From contig JAVECL010000026.1 of NCBI GenBank assembly GCA_051942245.1, positions 1 to 64,000 of the forward strand: DNA of 64,000 bases. The letters run 5' to 3'. Under the pieces are notes generated by a model. That model did not search any database. It had not been told where the DNA came from and saw only the letters and a program-made list of their open reading frames with translations. This document shows positions 1-12,816 of the stretch, one piece after another. How positions within the stretch are numbered: position 1 is the stretch's first letter; the number at the start of each line of letters is the position of its first letter. Source of the DNA: Trypethelium eluteriae (taxonomy: Eukaryota). A program made the position numbers and the translations under genes.

Positions 1-83
1 ATCTGGGGTTGTTGATGGAGAGTGCGATGAAGTGGGTGCCGCAGACGCAAGGGCAGAAGAGGGGCGCGAGGAGTTATAGGCAT
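1..83 (-). CDS. Possible 5' end of a gene running off the left edge (Arg/Leu/Pro-rich, presequence-like N-terminus)
   Basis: Minus-strand ATG at 83 reads MPITPRAPLLPLRLRHPLHRTLHQQPQ with no acidic residues and is open to the window edge. Too short to verify. Confidence 0.3.
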   Translation of the reverse strand, partial: MPITPRAPLLPLRLRHPLHRTLHQQPQ

Positions 84-780
84 TTCGAGTTTTGAACTCT
101 GAATGAGAGTGAGGATTTAGGAGATGCTCTAAGATTGCAGCAGCTGATATACCCTTGGAGACAAGATTGCATTTGGCGGCGTGAGGTTCTTCAAGCAGAT
201 TGATGATCTGATAGTGTTTAACATTCAGTAATCTGGCCCTTGATATCTGGAATATTCAAATCTAGCAAGTACGGCTATCTGATTTCTTCGAATTGTAGCG
301 ATCACTTGTGCTTGGCAATGCATACATCTAGTCAAGATTGACTGACGGCGGAGCTGGCCGATACTTGGGTTTGGCAGTCTCCTATGTCAAATTTTGGTGA
401 GGGTCTCAGGTCACAGAAGCGGCAGGACGTTAAATCCCCATGGAAGGTTATGTCGTCGGTTCATTGAGAAGACACATCAAATTGTTACATAAAATACCCA
501 ATTTTGTTAAACCCTGTGCATGAAGCCTTTCCAAGTATGCAGAGGTCACATTATCGGGCACCTCCAGCGCCACCAACTCTTGAACGCGGCTTGATAGTGT
601 GTAGCGGCTTTTTAATGTTATCTCTATTATACAGTGATTATTTTCATGAGATTGGCCTTGATATGAAGCGAGCCATTCAAATTGCTCTTATATTGCCTTG
701 TGGCTCTCACATATTAAGGAGTGACATTAACATTACACTTTTGTTTAGGGAACTTTGTCTCCAACCATGGGCTCATTACT

Positions 781-1406
781 TCAGCCAGAGACACCTGTTC
801 CACCAGCGAGGGTGATGGTGGTACCATTTGGCTCACAACACAGAGCCTCAGCACTACTATCTCCCACAGTTCCTATACAAAACAGCTGAGACGGCGTGAC
901 AGCGCCATTGGCAATATTAGAGCTGAAGTCTTTAGTTAGACGGGACAAATGTAATGTGGCTGTTGCTAACGTACTGTTGTGCCGCGTAATAATGGTCAAG
1001 GTCTAGTGAAAAGGATGATATATTCGTGATGGCCGTGATCGAGGCACTGAAGCTGATGTTGGTGCATTCAGTCTTGAAACATCTGCATTAGCTTTGTGTT
1101 GAACCTTAGCTTCAAGGGGTGCTGGAGACATACGTATTTCTCAGCGTCCAGAGGGGCAGTCGCGGGCCATGTGATACTGCAATCGGTCTCGGCAGCTGAG
1201 TCTGCAATGTGGAATGTGACGGTGTAGTTGGCGCTAGTATTCTCACTGCTTGGCTGGAAAGCCTCGAGATGTGTAAGATTGAAGCCTGCGGGTGTCGGAG
1301 GAGCGGGGGCAGCTGCGCTGTCGATGAAGCCTTCATCTACCGGAGCAGCGGAGGTGACGACAGCAAAGAGCGCAATGGATGATGAGATTATGGCGCTGAT
1401 ATACAT
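781..1406 (-). CDS. Small secreted Cys-containing protein, Alt a 1/AA1-like, 3 exons
   Basis: Signal peptide MYISAIISSSIALFAVVTSAAP. Two introns (GTATGT..GCTAAT..AAG and GTACGT..CTAAC..AAG) join ...ETDCSITWP...EKY / TECTNISFSASITAITNISSFSLDLDHYY / DFSSNIANG...LFCIG...LCCEPNGTTITLAGGTGVSG*. Confidence 0.7.
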
Positions 1407-2879
1407 GACGGAAGAAGCTATTAGGTGTACTAGAATTACGAAGAGGATAGAGTATGATAAGGAAAGGAGGCCAGATACAGAAGAAGTACTCTTCTTGCTG
1501 AGAGCAGCGGCTAGGAAAATGGAGATCTTCAGGCGATTAAAAGGAAGTTCCGTGCTGGAACAGCTACCATCGCGTTTAGGCGTAATGTGACTACTAGGCG
1601 CAGGAAAGGTTAGAGTGATCGAGGCGCCATTACATTCAGGTAAAGGATCGCCAGGCACACATGTCGAACGGGCGGCCTGGTTGTTGTGAGGTTCAGCAGG
1701 AGTAACCGGACAGGAGAAGGAGACATCGGGAGAGGCGCTTGGCAGACGTCGCATGATTGGTAGCATGTCTCTAGCATCACGAAAACGATAGCTGTAGAAT
1801 GCACTAGTTGCAGAGCCGCGACCCAGAATGGTAATGGTGGTCCAAGTCTCTGGGGACCCTGCAGTCTTGGTTGCGCCATTCGTGAATGCCACATCTGCCA
1901 AGACATTCCTAGCGCTGCAGTTGAAACACATGGCCTGGGGAACCGTCGTCCAAATGTTTCTGTGCCCCTCTGTGCCTCTCTGGGGCAAACATGGTGGTTT
2001 CAGCCGTTTCCTTTGGATGGTTCCTTGCATTGGGTGAAAGTCTGTTTTTAGTCCTCAGCTAGCGCGCCTTATTGTTGTAGCGGCACTGAGGCACAGGAGG
2101 GAACCGATCAGAAAAATCCTTTGTGGCACGAACGTCTTCCTTTCCTACAAAGTACAAACGAGGATTTCCATGGAAGACGAGACGACGCTATGTCAATGTT
2201 GAAATGTACTGATAATTTTCGTACGAGTATCGTGTGATCTGCTCAGCTGTCCCTGAAATTACTTCCACAACTCCCACTCCGTTGGGCTAAAGACAAAGTA
2301 GTTTAGCAAAGGATACTCTGCTCGCCGCCAAATTTGGCAGCCTGTCTTCAAGTCAGGAAAGCAATTTCAGGTTGAGATATTGAAGAATTAATCAAGGTAC
2401 TACTATACCTGTTCGAGCCGTCTTCATAGCATAAGAGAGGTGCATAAAGGAGAAGTAACTACTAGTCCCTATAAGGAAGGAGCACGCTCGGATTTTTTTG
2501 CACGGCCGAAGAATGACGACAAAAGATACGCTTCCGCAGTTAGTATATCAACGCTTTCAACATGTCCAATCAACATGAGATCTCGTATATCCTTCGGAGC
2601 GAATTTTTGACAAACGGAAGGTCGCTTCCAACTCTTCATCCCAGTGAGGGGAGCAGGCATATGGCTTCCCCACACTAGGTAGATGCCGCTATCAGATGCT
2701 TCAGGAACATGATGTGACGACAAGGACTGCCCGGCCTGGTGCCGACTTTTCTAGGTAGGTGGATACCGAAGATGTGGGATGGACCTGCATTCCAGCAATA
2801 AAACTGGACCTCCTCCCAGGTGGCTCCAGAGCTTTTCTCTTGCTTGGCGTCGCGTCCAAGATATCATAGACTTTTCAAG

Positions 2880-4604
2880 ATGCGTGCCTTCACATTCCTC
2901 TCTCTCTGCGCACTTGCAACTTCTGTTGCAGCCAGAAGTGCTCAGCATGTGAAGAAGACGTTGCCCAAGAATGCGAAGTCTATCAGAAGTGTGCCTTCAG
3001 TCAAACATGGCATTGAAAAGAGACAGTCCTCCAAAGCCACCATAATTCCTCAAAACGCGAACACAACCAGTACGTGAAGTGCGCGTAGATTTCCCGTTGT
3101 CGAGCTAATGGGAGATCTCTAGAGTTCGCTGTGGACGGCACGGCCATTCCAGATGTCGATTTTGACATTGGAGAGAGCTACGCTGGTTTGTTGCCAATCT
3201 CCTCTGGCGCGAACTCGAGCGAGCTGTACTTCTGGTTCTTTCCCTCCGACAATGTCAATGCGACGGACGAAATCACCATTTGGCTGAACGGAGGTCCTGG
3301 CTGTAGCTCTTTGGAAGGTCTCTTGCAAGAAAATGGACCCTTTCTCTGGCAATATGGTACCTATAAGCCAGTGCCGAACAATTGGAAATGGAACAACCTG
3401 ACCAATATGGTTTGGGTGGAACAGCCCGTCGGTACAGGGTTTTCCCAAGGTACACCCACAGCGACGAGTGAAGAGCAAGTTGCCGCGCAGTTTCTGGGCT
3501 TCTGGAAGAACTTTGTCGATACATTTGGTCTGCAGAACAGAAAGGTCTACGTCACTGGCGAAAGCTACGCCGGCTATTACGTTCCTTATATAGCAGACGC
3601 GATGCTCAACACCAACGACACGGTTTATAACAACGTAAAGGGAATTCAGATCAATGACCCAAGTACTTCGTACGATATCATTCAAGAAGAAAGTGAGCAT
3701 TGCCTTTTCTCTCACAGGAGCTCAAACAGTGCTGATCTCTACAGTTCCCGCTGTACCATTCGTTGACTATTGGGGCCCTCTAATTAATCTCAATGCCTCG
3801 TTCCTCGACGACGTTCGCAGCCGCGCCGATTCCTGTGGCTACACCGACTATCTTTCCAAATACCTCGTCTTCCCGCCTGCTGGTCCTCAGCCACAGCAGC
3901 AGGATCTTCCTGGCAGCGAGAGGGGCTCGTGCGACCTCTGGGACGATATCTTCACTGCCGCTAGCATAGTAAATCCATGCTTCGACATCTACCAAGTTGC
4001 CACCACCTGCCCTCTCCTCTGGGACGTGCTGGGCTTCCCCGGCTCCTTCGACTACGTTCCTGACGGCGCCAGCATCTACTTCAACCGCACCGACGTCCAA
4101 CAAGCTATCAACGCACCTGTGCAAGAGTGGGAAGAATGCGCCAATGGTGTCCTCAATACCGACACCTCTCCTCCTTCCGGTGTCTCTGTCCTCCCGGGCG
4201 TCATCGAGCGAACCAACAACGTCGTCATCGCCCACGGCCTCCTCGACTACATCCTCATCGCCAACGGCACCCTGCTCATGATCCAGAACATGACCTGGAA
4301 TGGCGCGCTGGGCTTCCAGTCCGCGCCGCAGGACGAGTTCTTCGTGCCCTATCATAGCGAGCTGAACTTGGGCACGCTTGCTGCATCGGGCGTCATGGGC
4401 ACCACGCACACAGAGCGAGGATTGACGTGGGTCGAGACGGCGTTGTCGGGCCATATGATTCCCCAGTACCAGCCGAGCGCGGCGTACCGACAGCTGGAGT
4501 TCTTGCTGGGCCGGGTTTCGAGTCTGACCGAGCGGAGCGACTTTACGACGCAGACGGGCGATTTTGGGAACTCGTTGACCGGGAACGCGACGATGAGGTT
4601 CTAG
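2880..4604 (+). CDS. Secreted serine carboxypeptidase, family S10 (CpdS/PepF-like), 2 introns
   Basis: Signal peptide [38 protein letters not shown], catalytic GESYAG and GHMIPQYQP motifs; introns about 3070-3122 and 3693-3744. Confidence 0.95.
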
Positions 4605-4911
4605 GCTGAGGGTCTGGCTTGATTGTGATGGGCTGATTCTGCTGTACATTTTGTATATCTGCTACTTTAAGACTCAAATAGCCATTGGATAATATGATGA
4701 ATCATTCATAATTTGGTTACATAAAGTATATCAGAGCTCTACTAGAGCCTTCCCAGCGGGACCGAAGTCTATGGATGATATCTGACGCAGTTCCGAATGT
4801 GACAAGTGCCGCACCATGAGGTAAGGGCTAGGAGAGAACCAACTGATTAGACACGCCAACAATGACTCCTTGGTGACACTCGAACTCCTTGATTCAGTAT
4901 AGAATAATCGC

Positions 4912-7900
4912 TCATCGCTTCTTGCCAGCCTTGCCCTTCTTGCCCACACCATTGGACGTGACGCTCGTAGCACGGGACGAGTTCGTCGATCCCGTTTTAC
5001 CATTGCCCTTGACACCATTGAGGTTCTTGTTCTGAATGAAGTAATTCTATTAGCACCATTAGAAAACGCTCATCTCAGCATGGAAGCTCAACATACCTTG
5101 ATACTCCCCTTCGCCTTCTTCTTTGCTGGGGCCTCGTCCTCATCATCCTCGTCCTCCTCCACGACTCTCTTCCCCTTTCCTACTCCATTCGCTAATTTTC
5201 CACCACTAGCACCGCCGCCACTCTCACTGAACTCCCTCGCCACTGTCGTGAGTAGCGTCGTACAACGTCGTGAGATCTCTGTTGGCGTCCGACTAAGCAT
5301 GAACCAGTCGAACCGAAACAGTGGGCTCTCCCGAATTTCCTCGCGGATTCGCTCGAACGTATCCTCTGCATCAACGCCATGCCTATCCAGCATGACAAGC
5401 AAGAAGCGGTCCTCCTCCTCCGTATAGACCTTCTTGTTCGTCGTCGCAACGGTGTAATTGAGCTTGAGCTGCTGTAAGGGAACTCGGTAGCTGCGAATCT
5501 TCTTCTTCAGCATTGCCTTCTGATGCTCCGACTTGTCCCGCCGCGCCTCCCCTTCCTGAATGTGATCGATGTGCTTCTGGTAGTTCTCGATCTCACGGTA
5601 TTTCTTCCAGAAGACGTGGGCGTACTTCTCGATCTCGTCCGGCTGCTTCGAATCGACTTCCTCCGCGATCTCGTCGTAGTTGTCGCGTCCGTACTTGGCC
5701 GAGCCGTTGATGAACTGTTGGAAGTCGCGCTTGTTCCAGTCGCCGAAGCCTTGCTGGATGAGTCGGTCCTTTTCTTCTTTTTCGGCTTCCGTGAGCGGCT
5801 GCGCTTCGTCAATCTCTTTCTGAGCGAGCTCTTGGTCGGCTTTGCGGTCTTCGAGATCGGACTCAGTTCCGTCGGCCAGAGGAGCCGTAATGCTGTTCTC
5901 GCGCCGGTACCACGCCGTCTCCTTTTCTTGAAGCTCGCCGAGACGTGGAGGGAAGAATTGGTAATCGTGCATAGGAACTTGTTTAGGTGCTCTGGGTACT
6001 TTGGGTTTGGGATCAGCGGTCCGACCACCTGTCATCAAAGCTTGTCGATAGTATTTGTCCATCGAGTAAGACTGCTCTTTCCGCTCGCGCTTGGACGGAT
6101 TGATCCAGTTGAGGCCAATCTCCTTCTTTCGGTTTACAAAGTTCTCGCCATTCCACTCGTATGCCGAATCGGAGGTGAATTTTTGCAAATCATCAATGCC
6201 TAGTTTCTCGTATTTTGCGTTCAGCTCTTTCGTTCGCTCTTCACCCTGCCTAAGAATCTCATCAAAGTCATCATCTGTCAGATCTTTCTTGCCGGGTCCA
6301 AAAGTAGACGAAGGGTTATCAAACACTTTCTCAGCACCATGCTGGATCATGTTGAGCAACTCATCTTTTGAGGCGGCATTCTTGGTTTGTTGTTGAGCAC
6401 GACCTTGTTGAATGACGACTTGATCTAGACGGAGTTTCTGCGCAGCCCGTTCCAAAACTTTCTCTTCGATGGCATTTTCTGTGATGAGCCGAAAGACACG
6501 AACCTGTTTGGTCTGACCAATACGGTGAGCACGATCCATGGCCTGGAGATCTGCCTGTGGATTCCAGTCGCTGTCGTACAATACGACGACGTCTGCACTG
6601 GTCAGGTTAATTCCGAGACCACCGGCACGGGTAGTAAGCAAAAAGACAAATTTCTCAGAACCAGGCTTATTGTACTCGTCAATGGCTGCAATTCGATCCT
6701 CATGGGCGGTTGAGCCGTCAATGCGGCAATATTTGTACTCGCGGAATACGCAGTAATCCTCAAGAATATCAAGCAACCTGCTCATTTGAGAAAAGATGAG
6801 TACACGACTTCCTACTCTCTGCATGCGAGCGAGCAGTTTGTCCAGCATAACCATTTTTGCGGAGTTCTCTACAAGATGTACGTCGTTGGTATATGGGGGT
6901 CCTGGTTCGGCTCCCTCGAAAAGGTATGGATGGTTACAGCACTTCCGCAATTGCATGACGATGTTCAACAGTCGAGTCTTCGACTCCTTCTTGCCAGCAG
7001 CTCCATTGACGGCGTCAATATCCTTCTCCAATATTTTTTGGTACCACTTGACTTGCATATCAGACATGCCAATGTATAAGTTGAGCTCTTTCTTGGGAAG
7101 AAGGCTTTTCTCGACGTCGCTCTTGACACGCCGCAAGAGGAAGGGCCGGAGAACCTTATGGAGCTGTTGCACTACTGTGTCTTCATCTTGACCCTGTCCT
7201 GAGAACCATTGGTCGAAAGCTTCTGCATCTCCAAATACATCAGGCAACAGAAAGTTCAGCAATGCCCAGAGTTCGTGTAGATTGTTCTGCAACGGCGTGC
7301 CTGTGATCAATAACCGGTTTCTGGAATTGAACAGCCGAACAATCTGAGCCAATGATGATGACTCGTTCTTGATGCGATGCGCTTCGTCTATAATAATGTA
7401 TTCCCATGCAAACTTCTTGAGATGTGTCTTTTCGCGAAGGACCATCTCGTAACTCGTGATGCAGACATCGAACTTCTCGTCCACCAGTCGCTCATCAATA
7501 AGCTCATGCCGTGCTTCTTTCTGTCCTTGTAAGATTAGCACGTCGACTTCGGGTATCCACTTTTCGAACTCTCGTTGCCAGTTGTTGAGGGTCGACTTTG
7601 GAACAACGATGAGATGTGGCCCCGAGATATCACATAAGAACCGTAGATAGCCTAGAAATGATATCGTTTGTAGAGTCTTGCCTAGGCCCATCTCGTCGGC
7701 CAGTATGCCAGAGATACCGTTTTCGTGGAGGGAGATAAGCCAGTTGAGACCTGCCACCTGGTAGTCTCGCATCTCCCCACCTTGGATGAATGATGGAGAC
7801 TCGCGAAAGGCGGTCTCAGCACTTCCGCCATGCTTGCCATCCCGCAGGAGCTCTGCGTCTTCTTCTTGTTCGGTCTTCTTCCTTCTGTTTTCGCCGGCCC

Positions 7901-8470
7901 CACCTTTTCTTGACTGGCCTTTCTTAGCTTTTGCGTTCGTCTCCGAATCTTGGCGGTCAATCTCCTGCATAATTTCCTTGATCCGTGGGTTCGGATTGGC
8001 GTCGATGAAGTGGCGAAAAAGATCGGTTAAGCCGAGTAGATAGCGAAAGCGTCGGATCGAGTCATCTTCCTTGGATTCGTGAAGTTGGCTGTGTTTCTTT
8101 CCGAAGACACTTTTGCGAAGCTGCGTAGCTTCGGAACGCCGCTTTCTTCCATCCGTGTGAGCTGCATCTCCGGCAACACTACTCGCCGTGGTGTTGGGAT
8201 TGGTATCAGAGTCCGTGTAGTCAGGAGTATCCTGCAAAGTCATTGTACATTAGCTTATACACATTCGAGAGTTATCCTTGCCTAAAGCACGTGGCCGCGT
8301 CTCTAGATCTCATTCGTTTCCATGGCCGAAAAGAAACAGGGCTGACATACTACCATGATTTCATCTTCATTCTTCGTCGCGTGGTTGAACTTGGGATGCG
8401 CGTCGGGCATTGGTGTATTGGCCGCAGACGTGCTCCCGGACGTCACGGGCTCGGCCTTTGACGGGGCCAT
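4912..8470 (-). CDS. ISW2: ISWI-family chromatin-remodelling ATPase (SNF2 helicase plus HAND-SANT-SLIDE)
   Basis: [35 protein letters not shown] and SLIDE-like EEEDRFLL...FRFDWF. Short first exon MAPSKAEP from 8470 and last exon NKNLNG...KKR* ending at 4912, both joined by canonical introns. Confidence 0.95.
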
Positions 8471-9093
8471 CAAGACCTATGACCAGATGTGTTCGGGCTG
8501 TCTCCTTCCAGAATTTTTAATGGTGTTGTTGAACGGACCTAAATGTAGGCCGGCGCTGCTGGGGGGTGCCCCAAACGGGGATTCCTCCTGCTAGTGCTAT
8601 ATCTCCGGTAGATAGAACAGCTCGAGGTAGATAGCAGAGAGGCTGGAGATCGAATACAGAAGGGTTTGGGGATGGAGCCAAGGTTCGATGGTGCAAGCGT
8701 GCCTTTCCTGCGCGTAACACGAGCACGAGCAATAGGAACGCGACGATTATCTTATCTGCGGATCAACATCGGCAGATTTTGAGCCGATCAATATCATTGT
8801 TGGCAATGCTTCCAGTGCCTTGGCTTGTCATGCCAGCGTCACCTTTAACTTTGTCTCACTCACACCCGACAGTCTCAACTGCAATCACTACGCGTCTCAT
8901 AGCTGAGCCGCATCTGTCATTCTTCGTTCTTTCTTCTCTTCCGTCTGCATTTGCGTTGTCTTACTTGTTTGCGGCTTGTTAGGCCCCACTTCCATCTCGC
9001 CGATCTACGTCAGATGAAAACGAACTTGCTCTGTCTGGAGATCATATCTAATATCAACTAGAACCCGAGACTCATATTCCCTTGCTTCTCAAC

Positions 9094-9912
9094 ATGGACT
9101 CCATGCGAGCTCTGAATACATCTCTTCCAGCCACGTCATCATCGCAACGGCAAGCCTCACAGCCACCTGAGCAACTACTACAAGACTTCAAATCCGCCGC
9201 CCTATCCGTGACCAACCTTTACAAGACTGCTGCGTCTGAGCAGTCTCAGATTCGTGCGGCTGGTTATCAAGATGCTCTCGATGACCTTTTGGCGTTTCTC
9301 GATAGGGAGAATCTTGGGCTGGGAGATGGTGAAGGCTGGAGGGTTCGACAATGGGCGACCGAACGGCTAGACAGCGGGGTTCCGGGACAAAGTAGTGCTG
9401 ATACAGATGAAGAAAGTGAGGAACAAAAGCGAGCACGAAGCAGCTCTCCGGCAGTGATCCGAAGGAATAGCCAGGACGAGTTACGGCAAAGTCAAGCTCA
9501 AAGACTAGACTCATCAACACGTACTGGATCTGCTCCACCATGTACAGAAACAATACGAGCGAACTCGCCTTCACTGCAAGCAAGGAGTAGCTCTCCACGA
9601 ACAGAAACATTTACCTTTCGATCTCCACTAGCTTATCCCCAAACTTCTGACGTTGATATGGATGCTACGAACAACAACGGGAGCTCGACTCCTGCGCTAC
9701 GTCTCGAAGTCTTGCCAAGAAATGCTCGTAATTCTCCACGTCATCGACAACATGGCAGACCTAGCCACCGGGCTCCCACCTCTATTACTTCCTTGGGTTC
9801 TGGGGCTGGCCAGAAGCGGAAAGCGCCTTTTCAAGATTTCTTTGACATAAGCGGCTTCTTCAACGACAAAGAAGCAACAAATGGTGGCGGTAAGCGAGGA
9901 AGACATGCATGA
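9094..9912 (+). CDS. Conserved fungal uncharacterised protein, probably nuclear
   Basis: Intronless ORF MDSMRALNTSLP...LLQDFKSAALSVTNLYK...GYQDALDDLLAFLD...GEGWRVRQWATER resembles a conserved Pezizomycotina family; basic C-terminus (KRK, GGKRGRHA). Confidence 0.8.
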   Translation: MDSMRALNTSLPATSSSQRQASQPPEQLLQDFKSAALSVTNLYKTAASEQSQIRAAGYQDALDDLLAFLDRENLGLGDGEGWRVRQWATERLDSGVPGQSSADTDEESEEQKRARSSSPAVIRRNSQDELRQSQAQRLDSSTRTGSAPPCTETIRANSPSLQARSSSPRTETFTFRSPLAYPQTSDVDMDATNNNGSSTPALRLEVLPRNARNSPRHRQHGRPSHRAPTSITSLGSGAGQKRKAPFQDFFDISGFFNDKEATNGGGKRGRHA

Positions 9913-10419
9913 AAGAGGAAAGAGGAAAGAGGAGGACTTGGTCATTCCACCTTCAGGCCGTGGAGAGACGTGGTTAAGAAGCATAGCCGGTTGCATTGCT
10001 CGGGATTCGGGATACTCTTCGCATGGGCCATTGCGAAGAGTCGTGATGATAAAGGATTTAAGAGCCTGTTTGCATTTCTTTTATATAATGTATTCGCCTG
10101 CCTTTTTAAAGGGCTGAGTGATAATATACAGAAGCTCCTACAAATTCTCGATCCAAATGCGTGAAATCTTCTACTATGTACACCTGCGTCCTCAAATTGA
10201 TACACAATCGACATCGAATAGACCACCAACAACCAGCAACAATGCCGCTCGACGTTCATAGCATTCTGAATCAGAATACTGTAGTGGCTTTGTCTCTTCT
10301 CCCTAGCAACATCGATCCCAAGGTACTGTTGTAAATCGTGCTATTCCTTTGTCCTCTCGAGTCTTAGGTCATGTCTTGCTTGTTCTTGGTTTCAATGTTT
10401 TTCCATGGCCGCGCCAATT

Positions 10420-10776
10420 TCACCTGACTAATCGGTAGGCGCCCACGGCCACAAGAGTCATTGCCAGACCGCTGATACCCAGTTGCCTTGACCGCATCCC
10501 AAACATTGAATTGCTCTTGAGTATTTCAGCTTGTCGTTGCCGCAGCTGGTATCTGCCTGAGAAAAAACTGTAGACTCCTAGGCCGATGAACGCGCCACCA
10601 CCTGACGGTGTAAGCAAAGCTGGGTATCGAAATGCTTTGAAAATCATTAGACTAAAGAGCATACCCATGAGTCTGCATCCAATGCAATCATCGATCATCC
10701 GGTCCCTTGCCAGAGCATCGCGTAGCCGATCAGTCTCATCCTCACGAATAGCTGGGGGCAACGTTTCTTTTGCCAT
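10420..10776 (-). CDS. Small mitochondrial membrane protein, DMAC1/DUF4536-like
   Basis: DDCIGCRLMG CxxC motif followed by two Gly-rich hydrophobic helices; 63-nt intron at 10602-10664. Confidence 0.75.
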   Translation of the reverse strand: MAKETLPPAIREDETDRLRDALARDRMIDDCIGCRLMGMLFSLMIFKAFRYPALLTPSGGGAFIGLGVYSFFSGRYQLRQRQAEILKSNSMFGMRSRQLGISGLAMTLVAVGAYRLVR

Positions 10777-11066
10777 TTCTGGATATCATATCAGGCTTCA
10801 GCAAAGGTTTGCGATCGAGATTTCGTGAACCACCGGTTTTTCGAATGTCAAAGAGTGCCTGTACGGAGTCCTCCGTAGTAGAGCAAGATAGTAATGCTTA
10901 AAAAGGCTTCCGAGCATTAAACTTCCAATTGTCTCCAACGAGGCAAGTTAGCCGAGGCGCTTTCAACGGCATCGAACCCACCCACCAACACCCATAGTGC
11001 ATTTCGTGCCAGAAAATCAATCCTCGCCCCACCAAGGGGGCCCGGAAACATCAATGTCTTCTGATC

Positions 11067-12816
11067 ATGAGCGCAATTGAAGCGCTTTACATCTTCGATG
11101 AACACAAGTTAGCTGCACTACAAGTCCAGCTCCACGAAAGCTTGCTAACAGCTCCCGAGCAATGTCATCCTAGAACATGTGTATACTGCTCGGCCTCCCC
11201 TGGCCAAGGTTCTGCTGCCACTCTGGCTTGCTCAACCGGATCCTCGACCCTCTGTGATTTATGTCTCAAATACCAATCCACCAACGATACTACATTCTCT
11301 CATTCAAAATCGTCTACTATTTCTCTCGCCGTGCTCCGAAGATACCGAACCGCTACTGATACTCGAATTTCTACATCGTGTGGCTGATGCGCTGGAAGAG
11401 TTCTTAGGCTCGCCACTATTGGCATCTAAGATTGAAAACTCATACGATGTTGTGGCCCAACTTCTTGGAGAGATGTGTGACGCTGGCACAGTGTGCAATA
11501 CAGAGCCCGATGCGTTGCGAGATGCAGTCGAAGCACCAAGTTGGATGAAGAGCCTGGTGGGAGGGCTGGGACTGCCAGCGTCATCACCTGCATTTACTCC
11601 GTCATCCTCGAGCTTCTCCCTGCAGAAACCGCAGCTCAGGCAAACACTTTCCAACACAGGGTCGACAATACCGTGGCGACGTGCCAACGTTCGGCATACT
11701 TCCAACGAGATGTACGTTGATATGGTGGAGACGCTGTCCGTCGTGATGGCACCTTCTGGGCGCTGTCTTTCAGCCATCGCAAACGGTACTATAGCGTTCA
11801 CGTGCAAAGTATCTGGTGTACCTGATTTACTTCTCACCCTCACATCTCCTGGGGGCAGAATGGGGATTGAAAAGGTCTTCGAGCTCCCTGTATTCCATCC
11901 TTGCGTCCGCCTCCCAAGATGGCGGGAGCGACCTGGCGAACTTAGTTTTGTTCCACCAGACGGACGCTTTGTGCTTGCTGGTTACGAAGTCGATCTTCTT
12001 CCCTCGCCGCCAATCTCTTCTGGTATAAGCAATTCTTCGAATCTTCAGCTACCAGCTGCTATTGATGTGCAGACATCACTCGGACCTACCGGTTCGGACT
12101 TTGAAGTCCGTCTCACGCTCTCGAACCGATTCGTGTCGGGTGCGACCTCCGGCTCGGCCACTTCATCCTTGTCTTCAATTCAGCCTCCACGGCCTGGATC
12201 AACGGGCGGGTTCCGCACCAATTCTGCAAACACGAGCGCAAATCCCACAGTCCAAGATCTAATTGTGCGAGTCCCCTTGCCGAAGACCGTGCGGAATCTG
12301 AATGATCTGAGGCCTTCACGCGGGGAGGCACACTATGCTCCGGGTGATGGAACGGTAGAATGGACACTGCTCAACAAAGACATCACAAGCTTGAGCACAG
12401 CAGTATTACGGTGCACCGTTGTTGGGCAAGCTGGTGAAGAGGAGAATGGAGCTACTAATGGGTACGAGATACGCACGGACACTTATGATTATGACGAGAA
12501 CGAGGATGGTACTGGGACAAGCTCGTATCAATCTGGAACCAGCTCTGGGAGCAGCAAGCGCAGAGAACCGTCGTCGACCAACACTGTCGAGGATCAGGAC
12601 CATCGGGATATGAGGAAGGTCAGGCAGAACGCAACGCTAATGCCTTCTGGCGCAAATGTGAGTTTCAAAGTCAAGGGATGGTTAGCAAGCGGAATCAAGG
12701 TTGACAGCCTTGTTATCAACACAAAGGCGAGTCGGGGACTAGGCGTAGGCGTGACACCATATAAGGGTGTGAAATATGTGACTGCCAGCAAAAACGGGTT
12801 TGAAGTTAGATGTTAG
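11067..12816 (+). CDS. APM3: Adaptor complex medium (mu) subunit, AP-3 mu type
   Basis: MSAIEALYIFDEH exon plus a short intron; longin region (LEFLHRVADALEEF, EMCDAG); mu-homology motifs IPWRRANVRHTSNEMYVD, FHPCVRL, SFVPPDGRFVL and PYKGVKY. Confidence 0.88.

Noticed and set aside
1407..2030. N-terminal 200 aa of the 320-aa ORF 1068..2030
   Set aside because: No protein-like features; the signal peptide begins at the internal Met at 1406, so this is an open promoter/UTR frame.
3780..4649. 289-aa antisense ORF
   Set aside because: Shadow frame of the GC-rich carboxypeptidase exon.
5523..6203. 226-aa plus-strand ORF
   Set aside because: Antisense shadow of ISW2.
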